DNA of 64,000 bases from Lingula anatina (taxonomy: Eukaryota > Animalia > Brachiopoda). Each line of letters opens with the position of its first letter. The first letter of the stretch is position 1. Position numbers and translations under genes: made by a program. The notes beneath the pieces were generated by a model. It ran no database searches. It was given only the letters and a program-made list of their open reading frames with translations, and was not told the DNA's origin. Of the stretch, positions 52,501 through 64,000 are shown piece after piece. Location of the stretch: contig CM120643.1 of the NCBI GenBank assembly GCA_051362555.1, positions 27,656,848 to 27,720,847 of the forward strand. The letters run 5' to 3'.

Positions 52501-55500
52501 ATTAAGATGAAAGTTGGCATTATATACCTGCATGTCCACAATGGTGGTGAAATCTCCAGGTTTCTCCAAGCTGTAGAATCCTTTCATCTCCATTAACTGG
52601 CGGACAATCTCATTGGCTACCTGATCTCCCCACTCGTTGATGATTGGCATGTTGACGTCATCAATGAACACGCTCATCTTCTTCCCTGCCGGAGGTCCGT
52701 AAGTGCTGCCCATTCTCTTGTCTACATAACTCTCCACTGTTCTCTGCGGGAAGTAAGGTCAATAAAGAGGTTATTTTCTAATTTGCTTTTTTTATTATCT
52801 GGTATAAATCCTATTTGTTTGTAGCATTTTGCATAGATATTGGTAAATGTAATATCTTGTACCTAGTTGATAATTTTGTCAATATTATATAAATTTTTTG
52901 ACTTTTACTCAAACTAATATACAACCACTATGAAAAGTTAAATTAATCACCATTAATTTTTTCTATACTCCAATGCATAAAAATGCATATGCATAACTTT
53001 TTTAGTTTCTAAATCAAATACAAAATTGTTTCCACAACTTTTTAAAAAAAGTTCTTTATCAAAAGAAATTGCACCAATATTACTATAGAAGGTGACCTGG
53101 CAGCTACAAGCACCCTGTAACACCAACCTGGAACATGTAGGGCGTCGTCGCAGATGAGAAATTCAACGACTTGGCCATGTGCTCCTCGGGGTTGTATTTC
53201 CCCATGTAGCCATTGATCATGACTGTCTTGGCTGTCCCTTGTTCCCCTATCAGCAGCACAGCTTTCTCCTGCTTGGAGATGGTGTGAATGAGGAACTCAG
53301 TACGGACGTTGTCTACGTTGGGGACCAGGATGGAGCCATACTCAGGGGTGGTGTCTGGAGGGTAATGGTACGGTTCCACTTTGGTGTTCCAGTGAGACCA
53401 GGTGCCTGGAGAACAGGAGGACATATTGTTATCATAAAGTAATTGATTTGTTATTGTTAATTATACTTTAAATTAAGCCTGTCTTAAATTGTGTTTTATT
53501 TTGCCAAATTTTATTTATAATTTTGTAAAATCAGCAAAATTGCTGGCCTGTCAAATCTCACCATTTTCCTCTACTAAGAAATCAAACATGGTGGAATCTG
53601 GGAAACCATCAAGGTTTGGTAGATCCAATCTTATCTCTTCATTGTTGCGTAGGAATTCCTCCATCTTGGCTCTGTCGTCCCACTCTAGGTAGGCGCCAAT
53701 GCTCCACATGAGTGTAAAGACGTACAGGTGCTCGTAGTGTTCCTTGGACAGTGTCTGTTTGTCTTCTCTGTTAGGGATGAGTCCTTGGAGGAGATTACAA
53801 GCCTGGAAAAATACAGACACAGAGCTTTGTATTGCCCCCATCTTTATCTATATTTAAAACGAACTGTTTCTGTTCTTATGAAAAAATTCATAAACCTGAT
53901 CTTTCAGTGTGTTGTATTTGTATGTGCATATTGTACTTGCTGGGTCGCAGTCATTCGCAAAATGTTCCAGCAATTGGTTATCATGCAAGCATCAATAAGG
54001 AAATGAAAGCAACTTTCATTTTATCCAAGTTTTGCAGAAGGAAATCCAGACATCAAGGGACTTTAAAAACTGATCATATCCAGAAGTCAACCATTACCAA
54101 AAATCCCTCATGAAAAAAGTAAATCATTACTATTAGAATATTATCTCCACTGAGTGTCTGTTAATGTTCAAGATTTGTGTCGTACCTGGTTGATGACAAA
54201 GGCCTCCATGGTGTCCATCTTGAAGACCAGATTCTGTGTGGCAAACCTCCAGACCTCTGGGAAAGATGACTCAAACAGCGACATCAGGATACTCGACTCT
54301 CCCACTGACCGCGTGTTCAGCCAACCCTGGAGATATCAATGGAGGGGGTATTTTTAATTTATTATGCGGTATTTTTTGTAATTCAAATATATAATAAATA
54401 ATTCCATAAATGAAAATTAAAAAATATGTATGTCTGTATGTTTGAAAATAAATGTACAGTTTAATATTAATAAGACTAATTTATGTAAAAAATGCAAAAT
54501 AAATTAAGTAAATAAATAAATAAACAAATAAACAAATAAATAAGTAAATAAATAAATAATCTTACGGAGAGTATAGGGTTCCAATCCATTCCAGAGCTAC
54601 TCATGTACACCATGCCATTCCTGGACACAGTGGCTGGAGAGGCATTATCAATGTTGTGTGGCTCAAAGATGATCTTACACAACGTTGCCATGGGGATACG
54701 GTCACCATTGGCCAAAGTCAGGGTCTTGTTGTCATCCAGGACAGAGTTCAGGTTTTCAATCCAGATGGCGTCGACTGGACCATCCAAGACGAGCCAGATG
54801 TGTTCTCCTGCAGAGACCAATAATCAAATATCACCACATCCTTCTTTCTTTATGAATTAAAGAGAAATAAGCTGAAAAAATATCTTTCCTCACATCAAAT
54901 TCCATAATTTTATAAAGAGAAAAGCCATTTCTATAAGGGCAACATATCACACAAAAAGAGAAGTTATCAAAGAGAACAGTTATCACAAGTACCAGTTACT
55001 GATCCAGGCCTTCCTTCTGAATTATTTTATTTTCTTCCATTTTCCATTTTAAATCATTATTTGTAATTTTTCATCTTTTTTGTAACTTTGTACCTCCAAT
55101 CAAATAATAATAATACAATGAAATATTTAAAAAAAATTGAAAAAAAAAAATGGAGTCTGTCCATATCAACCCATCCCTCTCCACCCACCTTTCTTAGCCC
55201 TGTGAGTCCTCCGCCACAGTGTAGAGAAGATACCGTCTGTCCAGTCATTGGTCGCCACGTCCAGCCGACCAAACATCTGGGGTGCTGTGATAGCCTTGGG
55301 GTTCATCCTCATTTCTCTATGGGGTTCCCCACAGTCTGTCATGGCTTTCATCAGGCTGTAGATACACTTGGTTTTCCCAGCGCCACTCGGCCCCAGTGTC
55401 ATCATACCGTGACGGACACGCTGGGTCTCAAAGAGCTGGAAAATAAGATGGCAAACTGAATTAATATGAATTCTTAAATAATCAAATGGTTAAATACTCG

Positions 55501-57457
55501 TTTACATGTTCATTTCTTAATACTCAGTATCAAAAAAATATATATATTGTATAATTTTAGTCAACAAGTTTAATTATCATGACATCGTTTCTATCTCAAT
55601 ATTCTAGGCAATCTTACAGTATTTACATGGCACAAATCCCTTAACTTTGATCTTCAGCCATCCCCCAATATCATAAATGATGACTGAACACATGCCCCAC
55701 CTTCTCACACATTTAAAATGAACTCTGTCCACCCCTCCCACTCACAAACATAAACACACAGTCCCCCCCCCCTCCCCCTCCACACCCCCCTGAATACCAA
55801 CCTGAATACACTTGAGGACCCAGGGTGCGTGGTACACCAGTCCCACTTCCTCCACTCTGATCTTCAGGGCGTTCTCCAGCTCAGGGTACCCTGCCTTGTC
55901 CAGGGTGATCCCTGGGAACAAGTCGTTAATCAGAGACAAGAACAGCGGCTCATCCTGATCCACCAGTTTGGACAGGTTCATGTCACGAAGGACACGCATG
56001 ACAATGGTCTGTTCTGTGTCGTTGGGGTTGGCACGCTTGTTGGTACCCAGGGTACGCAGCACGGAGAGGATGTTACGCAGACCAAAGTCGTAGTGGACCT
56101 GGGAAAGATAGAAAATAATTTATGAGAACATCATTTGATATTTGGTTTGGGATAGTAAATTTGCTAATGACAACAGAATGTACATCTTACAAATATTCAA
56201 ACAATTTTTTTTCATTTTAGTCAGACAAATAAAGAAAGTCATTTCCAATAAACACCAGAAGATTTTATAAACAGAAAAATAATATTTTACACTTTTATTA
56301 TTCTTATGCTTTTTTATTTATAGGCTGAACATGCACAGAAAAGAAATGTTAGGACCAACAGAAGACTAGAATCCTAAACCCAATGAATGATGGCATCTAT
56401 CTATCACCTGAAACCAATATTCCCCTCATGCACATTTCATATTTCACTATGTTTTCTTCTATAGTTTATTGACATCAGAGGCGAGTAAAACTACTATAAG
56501 AATTTTTAAAATTGTTACTGAAGAAATTTCAATCAATTATTTTATCAGTAGTTGACACATACAGCATCATTTTGATTCAGGTTTTGAGATTTAATAAGAC
56601 TGAAAATCAAAATTGAATTTCTGGTTATTTGATAAGTAATTCAATAAAATAAAACAGTTTCAGAAACTGCCTTGATACTTAAAGTTGTTGTTTCATCTGT
56701 CTGTAATTGAAAACAACACAAGTTAATGAGGTATATTCCAAAGCTCAAAATCTCTTTTTTGCAACGAGGTTGTCTGCTGTTTTGAAAAATATATATATTA
56801 AACTGTTTGTTTTGTTAGTACACTTTAAACTACAGAAAAATTTTACTACTTAACTATGAAAGATGAACACAATCTTCAGTTAGTCAACTGTAATGTATAG
56901 TTGGTTAGTAAAAGCAAACTTATGAATTAAACAGTGTGTGAATGTGTGTGCACATGCATGCTCAATTATGTGTGTGTAACAAAAACAAATGAAATTAAAT
57001 AAACAGTATCAAAAAGATAAAGGATCAAACAGTTAAAGTAAAATACCTGTTTTGTAAGCTGTTCCTCACAAAGTTTATACAGGATGTAGAACTTTCTAGC
57101 CAGCACAATGTTCTCTATGAAACCACAGCTGGCAAGCTTGACGCGGATGATAATCTGACGATCCGGTACCATCATGGCGACTGTACGGAAATTGATCTTC
57201 AGATTCTCTGGCAGTTCCTGGCGTCCAGCATAACCAGGGTTCTATGAAAGCAGGATAAATGTATTTTCAAAACACATAGAATTACATATGTATCAGACCA
57301 GAGGTCAAATTATATAATTATTATACTGGATTTTATGAATCCATTAAAATATCTAAATCCATCCAGAAGAAAAAAATAAATATTAAATTCATAAGAAAAC
57401 TAATAGGTTAACACAGTGATCTTTGTTACATCCTTTTATTTTTTATTTTCATACTAA

Positions 57458-57504
<47 letters not shown>

Positions 57505-60500
57505 ATATCACCATTATCTTCTATTTCTAGCAACCCACCATGGTCAAGAAGATTCCAAACTCAGGGTTCATGTCCACATTGTCGCCGTCAGTGAAGATGA
57601 AGTTCTTCTTCCTCTCCTTCTTACATGTCAGTACAATGGCGATCTGCTGAGCAGCCACCGACAGGACGGGCAGCTCAATTCTGTTGAACTCGTCAAAACA
57701 ACCCCAGGAGCCAGACTGAGCCAAACCTGAGTTAGAAATAAGACAGTTAAATTAGAAATGAAATAAAATTATTCTGACTTGAAGGTTATCATTATCCTTG
57801 AAACAGTCACGAGGACATCATTCAATTTTCTATTAACATATACTTATTTGTGAGTAATTTTGTACTTACTGCCTTTGTAAAATTACTTGTATCAAAAATA
57901 TGCATTTACTGAAATCTAAAAAAATGTAAAAATAGTACAAGACACTGCTTACTGTGTCTCACTGGTTTAAATTCCAGTCTCACCTTTGTAGATACGTCCT
58001 AATCCTCTGAAGTCCATCTGATCTGAGCAGTTGAAGACAACCACATATTTCCCCAGACATCTGCCCATATCTTTGGTGGTCTCCGTCTTCCCTGTCCCAG
58101 CTGGACCAGCTGGAGCACCCCCCATGGACATCCCCAGGGCCTGAGCCAGGGTGATGTAACATCTGGAAGAGATATAGGGGCGGAGAGAGTGAGTGGAAGG
58201 TCAACAAGGTCAACATGTGAAAGTGGAAGGTCAACAAGTGAAGTAAGATCTTTTCAGTAGAAAAAAATGCACATTTATTTGCCAATATCTTTTTGCAAAA
58301 CATAGTACCATTAAGAGCACACAAATACTTTAAAATTTAGAAATTTTTACCAGTTTACGAAGTTTCACTTCGTCATTCACATTCTGAGATAGCAAATTTT
58401 GCCAGCGTGACATACTAACCTATCAGTCAGTGGAGTGATGACAAGTCTCTCTGTACACCCCAAGAATTCATTCTGGTAGATGAAGTCCACATCAGTAATG
58501 GAGATCAGGGTCTTGTCTTGGTCCTCAATGAAGTAGAAACGCGTCTGCTTCAGCCACTCGAAGTCCTGGGGGGACTTGATGTGCATACGACACTGCAGAA
58601 AATGAAATTTTTCGATAAATATAGCCCCAATATTTTTTTTATAAATTAGGTATAATTATCTAGCTTTAAAGCTAAAAGGAATGTTATCACATACCTCAGG
58701 TTTTTCAACTCAACACATCATTACAAGAATCTCTCAATAATTTATCTATATTTATAAACAATAATCAATATGACCATAGCAACCTACCAAGTCATCAAAA
58801 ATGTCTCTCTGATGTACGTGGATGGTGATAAGGGTCTCGAACTTTGTCCTCTCCACTTTAGTCAACTCCCGTGTCGTCTGTGCAATCAGCAGGTTCAGCA
58901 GCTCCAGGAAGGCCTGGTTGGTGCCTGCCATGACTTTCTTGTCGTATTTGGCATTCTTCAGTGCCTCGTCAGCATCTCTTGTCCAAATCAGCTGAATACC
59001 CAGGAGACCAACCTGTAAAAGAAGGTGTTGCCATCAAACACGCAGTTGTTATCCAAAATATCAGGAGGAGTGTGCATGCCTGCATGCGTACATGTGAGAA
59101 TTTCCATTTACTACCCTTGTCCCATTCTACTCCCATTCTATTGTTATATGTGTATGAAATCATGTGAATTTTCTCCCATTTTATTCCAGTGCTGATGTAA
59201 AAACTTTTCTAAGAGTGAAATGCTTAACGTATACTGATGATTTTCTTTACCACTATTGGCAGACAAAGTCAATACATTCATCTATTCCTTTCATTCATTC
59301 AATTATTTATTTGTTCAGTACAACTCACCTGTGCAGGGAACATGTTCAGGAACTCCAGCAGGTTAAAGCCGCTGTCCTGTATTGCCATGGCGGCAGTCCT
59401 GATGACACCATGGAGGGATTTCTGTGCCATCAACATCAGCGCCATTAGCCAGACCTCTACATTACCTTCTGCCTTCACTGGCTTCTCAAGCTGAAGGAAG
59501 GAGTGAGAATATATGACAGTGGCAGAGCACTAGTTAACAAGACCAGGTTTATGCCATGTGATGTAGTCAGATCACACTTTTAAGTAGCTTCAAACAATAT
59601 TGAAAAAAAAAAATTATCTCATGGCACAGATCTTTTTTGGACTACATTTTCTAACATCGAAAGTTTTACCTAACTGAATTTCTTCATACTTATTTCAATA
59701 TAAATCACTCTATTTGCTAGATATTATATTATATTAATACACCATTATTTCATGTACTGTTATTATATAATCAAACATATCGGGGTATGGAAATTTATTA
59801 TCTATATCAATCAAAATTTACTTATGAGGTTCAAAACACACTGTGAATATTTCTCAGATAAATGTCACTTTCCCACCCACTTACATCAACTGTTTCTCCC
59901 TCTGAAGACACGATGGACAAAATCTGGTCGTAATTCTTCTCGTGGAACTTGACAAGTTTGGTGTTATCAAACACACTGAGGAGATGGGCCTGGATGGTGT
60001 GTGGGTCGCTGGCCTGACCCAAGATCTCCAGTAGGGCAGGATCCGACACGAAGAAGAAACGTGGGAAAAGCAGACGTTTCTTCTCGAGATAGCTAGAAAG
60101 TGGCATTTATCATTAGTAACGTATATTTTATTGTTTATGCAAGCTTGTTATACATTTTCATATTTTACTCATGTTTAAAATGTTTCTAAAAATGATCAAC
60201 AATCTTAGTTTGACATAGAACTATTTTCTGTAGGCACACTGTCTCATATAATTTTTAAAAAATATTATCCATGTTTGACTGCAATTTTCAAAAATTAAAA
60301 AAAAAAAAAGAATAAGAATAATAAGAAAATGTTTCAAGCTTTTTTTCCTTTCAAAAAATTAATTCACCTACCCAGTGAGAGATTTCTGGCAAAGTTCCAG
60401 CTGTTCCAGCAGATGTGGCAGTAGCTGCATCAGGGTCTCATCACCAACACAGCACTGGATCACGTTGGGGGTCTCGTGGGCACGCTGCATGATGCGTATC

Positions 60501-63073
60501 CAGGACTTATCAATATTGGAGAACCTCTTGGCTTCCTGGGATGTTAAGGATAAAAATAAACATTTTGATTAACTGGTGGTAACATCCTTCAGAGTTAGAA
60601 AACTCAAGATTACAAACATCTTGATTTTATATTGAACTACTTTCACATTGATACTAAAACTAAAAATATGTAGAACCTGTTCGAAGTTTAATAATTTTGG
60701 ATCAATTCATTCATCAAATACTAGATTAAATAATCACTACTGAAATTCATTATTTTTCTTCATTATAGGTTGATACAATGTCTTTCTCTCTATAGACAGT
60801 TGTAGTCCACTAGAATGAAATATTGCACAATGTATTGTTAAAATAAAGAAATTGGGGGGGGGGGCAGTTTAGCCAACAGCTCCTTTCCGATAATGGGTTA
60901 CTACACTTGCTTATTTATCATACGTCAAAGCTAGATCAAATTTGAATCTTCAGTTTCTTTATGACACTGGTATCTGGTACCCACCTGTGGCAGCTGTTTA
61001 GCGATGTCACCTCCCACAAAGACGGCCTCCAGGTATACCCACAGGTTCTGTACTGTCATCCAGTTCTCAATGATCTCCGTGGAGTTAGACAGGTTCTGTA
61101 CCCAAGTCTGGATCTGCTTCTTAAAGGGGGCGTTGTATCTGAGAGAATTGAGAAATAATCAAATTCTTTAAATAAATTGGAGATGGAATTTTGTCCTGTA
61201 AATTTCTAAAAACTAACAAACTAATACCTTTTTTCCCTGAAAATTTGAAACCACCTTAAAATTTTTCACATCTGGCATTTATATTTATTCCTTGGAAGAA
61301 ACTGTTTGTGAAATGGTTATAATAGTTATAATTATCTGGCAATAGACACCCTTCAAATTTATCCTATTCACCTACCTGTTGCTAAGCAACGAACTCAGAA
61401 TCATCAAAGAATCCTCCATCAGCGCCACAATCTCACTGGTGTTATCACCACGCAGCAGGAGTTCCCCGCGGTTCTTGAAGTTACCGAAATGGAAATCATG
61501 GCTATTCCATTCTGCGATGACCTGTTTCAGTTTGGCCTCGATATCCTTCTCCTTCACAGCCGAGATACAGATATCCTGGATGGGAAAATATTCAAATAAA
61601 TTAAATATCAGTTGTATACATTGGGTCTGACAAATTTCTATCTATGAAAAATTGAGCACTGATCTAAAAGAACCAAAAACTGTTCCAGTGTAAGAGTGTA
61701 GTATCTTTAAAAAATCCAATTTTTTAAAACCAGTTCGATATCAAATACACTTGACAATTGCTTTGGCGAAGAATACTACAGATCAGTTCTATTTAATGAC
61801 AAAGTAACATATATAATAATTTACATTTAAGGTCCACAAGCAATTCTGTTCCATCTAACACAACATTAAGACCTCCAACCTTAGACCTACCTCAATCTCT
61901 TCCTTGTACTTCAGCAGGGGAGCCTCCAGGATGTTCCTTAGAGTAAAGTTCTCGTTCTCCACATCAAACACATGTCCTGTCAGCTCCGCCATTCTCTGCC
62001 AATGACGTGGCTTCATTGCTTTGTTTGTCATCAACTCCAGTAGCGGAACCATCTCGTTAAAGTCATCAATAGTCTTACGCAGGTCTTCAAAAGCTGGCCA
62101 TTCTTTTAGTGCTCGCGGCAGCTTGCGGCATCTGAAAGTAAACAAGGTAAGTATTAATTACAGAACAGAGCATGTTGCAACCCCATGTTGACATGAATGA
62201 TGAGGTGTTTTCTGCCCCACCCTGTACTATCATCATCCCCTTCATCTTACTTGTTCTGAAAGTCCAGTACTACAGAAGTACAGGATTATGTATAATCAGA
62301 AACAAAAGAGGATTTTTATAAATATCTTTTTATCAAATGTTTCAAACAGAGCCATAGAAATCCCAGCCTGATATTTTCAGGCACATTCTGTCCCACCCTG
62401 CAGTATCATCACCCCAGTGGTCTTACTTGTTCTGAAAGTCTAGTAACTCTGTGTTGATTTTCTCAATGTTCACCTCCTGCCACAGAATGTCATAGTAACT
62501 ATTGACTGTTTCTATAACAGCATTGTACAGGCCATACAACTTCTGGAGCAGATTCAGCTCCTTTTTGATCTAGAATGGAAAATAAAAGATTTTTTAAAAC
62601 AGATGTTGCTTAAAGCATGATCTACATTTTACATACCTAATTAGAGTCACCAACATCAATTTCAGTCAATTTGAAAAATTATTAGTCTTGATCGACAATG
62701 TTACTTCCAATAACCTATTAAAATAAAAAATCACTAACCTAATCACTAGACCTTTGTGATCTTTAAACTTCCAGTGTGAGATTTAATAAAATTCCATATC
62801 TATTTTAGTTTAAAACAACTGGTCAAGACAAATTTTTCATTTTGCAATCACAGGATCCTTGTTACACTTTAATTAAGTTGATCTCGAACACCATTTAGTA
62901 CCTTAAAGACATACCTGTAAGAGTTCTGGATAAGGTGTGACAGGGAGACCAAAAAGTTCCTCACCACCCGTGTACGTGGTGTACTTGCGGAACAGGGTGT
63001 CAAAGCGGTTCTGGAAAATCAGCAGCCTCTCTGACGCCTCTCTGGGGGGTACTCCTGCCACCATGGGGCCAGC
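36769..63073 (-). CDS. DNAH5: Axonemal outer-arm dynein heavy chain, DNAH5/DNAH8 (gamma-type) ortholog; 5' part lies beyond the window
   Basis: Phase-consistent GT-AG exons: 63073-62915, 62569-62427, 62131-61891, 61575-61376, 61138-60985, 60535-60372, 60092-59885, 59490-59329, 59012-58788, 58592-58420, 58162-57984, 57726-57539, 57241-57047, 56098-55802, 55435-55189, 54807-54566, 54326-54186, 53802-53562, 53405-53128, 52743-52528, 52246-52016, 51690-51527, [50668-50546 or 50079-49957], 49490-49421, 49040-48787, 48348-48195, 48028-47864, 47662-47436, 47002-46884, 46543-46386, 45989-45699, 45283-45068, 44644-44507, 44232-44105, 43799-43631, 43283-43128, 42858-42717, 42233-42037, 41648-41544, 41400-40956, 40657-40340, 40018-39893, 39698-39472, 39180-38908, 38621-38359, 38164-37795, 37577-37425, 37155-36769. 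P-loops [32 protein letters not shown]; WGCFDEFNR; C-terminus [16 protein letters not shown] is typical of DNAH5/8. Confidence 0.95.
43395..43588. repeat. Interrupted (TAAA)n microsatellite in a dynein intron
   Basis: Read directly; it produces the spurious IYLF ORFs. Confidence 0.95.
46680..46878. repeat. Degenerate (ATC/ATT)n low-complexity tract
   Basis: Read directly. Confidence 0.85.
47232..47407. repeat. 17-bp minisatellite, ~10 copies
   Basis: Unit gacagtgtgttagatgt with variants such as tacagtgtgttagctat. Confidence 0.95.
49957..50079 (-). CDS. DNAH5: Dynein alternative exon A (123 nt)
   Basis: cag|G...CTGAG|gtatta; encodes (R)[40 protein letters not shown](R). Confidence 0.9.
50546..50668 (-). 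CDS. DNAH5: Dynein alternative exon B (123 nt), paralogous to exon A
   Basis: cag|G...TTTAG|gtaaaa; encodes (R)[40 protein letters not shown](R). Confidence 0.8.
51036..51450. mobile_element. MITE-like element (Harbinger-like ends) in a dynein intron
   Basis: Ends agggcattcacattag / ctagtgtgaatagcct; internal repeats of ttcacattagaaa(a)gttaaccgc and gaccgc; no exact TSD. Confidence 0.6.
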
Positions 63074-63386
63074 CTGGTTGATAATAATGTCGTTAATTAA
63101 TTTGAATACAAAATATTGGAAAAGGGAAAATGTGAGGATGTCTACATCTAGTCTGAATCTGGACCAAAAATGTGTCAGGCATCCATTGTTAGCAGTACTG
63201 AAACACTGTGGAGTTTGGTATATAAGAACCAGGTTTTGCTCTGTATTTTTTTATTTTAAAGTACTGAAATCTCTATTTAATAACTGAATGAACTTTAAAG
63301 GTGGGAAATTCACAAATATCATATAAATCCAACTTGTCTATATCCAAGAAATAAAATTATTTGATGTACAAGAAAGTCCAACTTAT

Positions 63387-64000
63387 ATGGCAGTCTGTAC
63401 AGTATCAAGTCCATCACATCCACCTATAACCGAACTTCTACCGAGGCCAGTATCCACTCTCTCCGCGTTCAGTGTGACAACTGTAACCGAAGTCTCAAAA
63501 ATCATTACGAGTTCAAAAAAGACATCATGTTCTTTAGACCCCATCCCAACAACATTGCTGACCCAGATTCTACCAACTGTCATAAATCCTATCACAGAAC
63601 TGGTGAACTTATGCTTTAAAGAGGGAATATTTCCAGACTCATTCAAAAGTGCAGTAATCAAACCTCTTCTGAAAAAGAATAATTTGGATCATAATGTCTT
63701 TAATCACTATAGACCTGTGAGTAATCTTTCTTTCTTGTCAAAGGTGGTTGAAAGAGTCATGGCAACGAGGCTGTTTGACCATCTAAAACAGAATAACTTG
63801 GTGGAACAAATGCAATCGGCTTATAAAGCAAAACATAACACTGAGCTTGCTCTTCTGAGAATAAAAAATGACCTTCTGACTGGTGTTGACAATCATTCTG
63901 CAGTCTTACTGGTGCTATTAGATCTTTCAGCAGCATTTGATACAGTTGACCATGACACTCTTCTATCATTCTTCGAGAAATCAGCTGGAATTAAGGACAA
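63387..64000 (+). mobile_element. 5'-truncated L2/CR1-group LINE reverse transcriptase, open to the window edge and antisense to dynein
   Basis: Stop-free frame with SCSLDPIPTTLL, GIFPDSFKSAVIKPLLKK, YRPVSNLSFLSKVVERV, QSAYKAKHNTELALLRIKND and LLDLSAAFDTVDH. The ORF track misses it because there is no stop in the window. Confidence 0.93.

Noticed and set aside
36626-63287. Many + strand ORFs overlapping dynein exons
   Set aside because: Antisense shadows of GC-richer coding exons, with no independent motifs.

Overview
Intron-rich, AT-rich animal DNA; a marine invertebrate such as a mollusc or other lophotrochozoan is my inference, not something the sequence proves. All four host genes lie on the minus strand, and I rebuilt them by hand from GT-AG sites and exon phases. 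(1) 1194-10953: an 11-exon gene for a ~820-aa protein with signal peptide, five peritrophin-A/ChtBD2 chitin-binding domains with Thr-rich linkers, a ZP module, a furin site and a TM helix; it has one frameshift in the ZP-N exon. (2, 3) 20048-21839 and 27720-32287: tandem paralogous 4-exon genes for small secreted single-VWA proteins. (4) 36769 to beyond 63073: the 3' part of an axonemal outer-arm dynein heavy chain (DNAH5/DNAH8 type), with 48 exon positions and one pair of equal-length, apparently mutually exclusive exons. Introns and intergenic DNA carry nested Helentron-like (HINE/DINE-1) elements with a 146-bp satellite, a decayed Sola3-like transposon, a hAT relic, several MITEs, a Penelope 3' end with a degenerate minimal hammerhead ribozyme, LINE tails, and an open L2/CR1-type RT running off the right edge. 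No database searches were run; family names come from recognised motifs.
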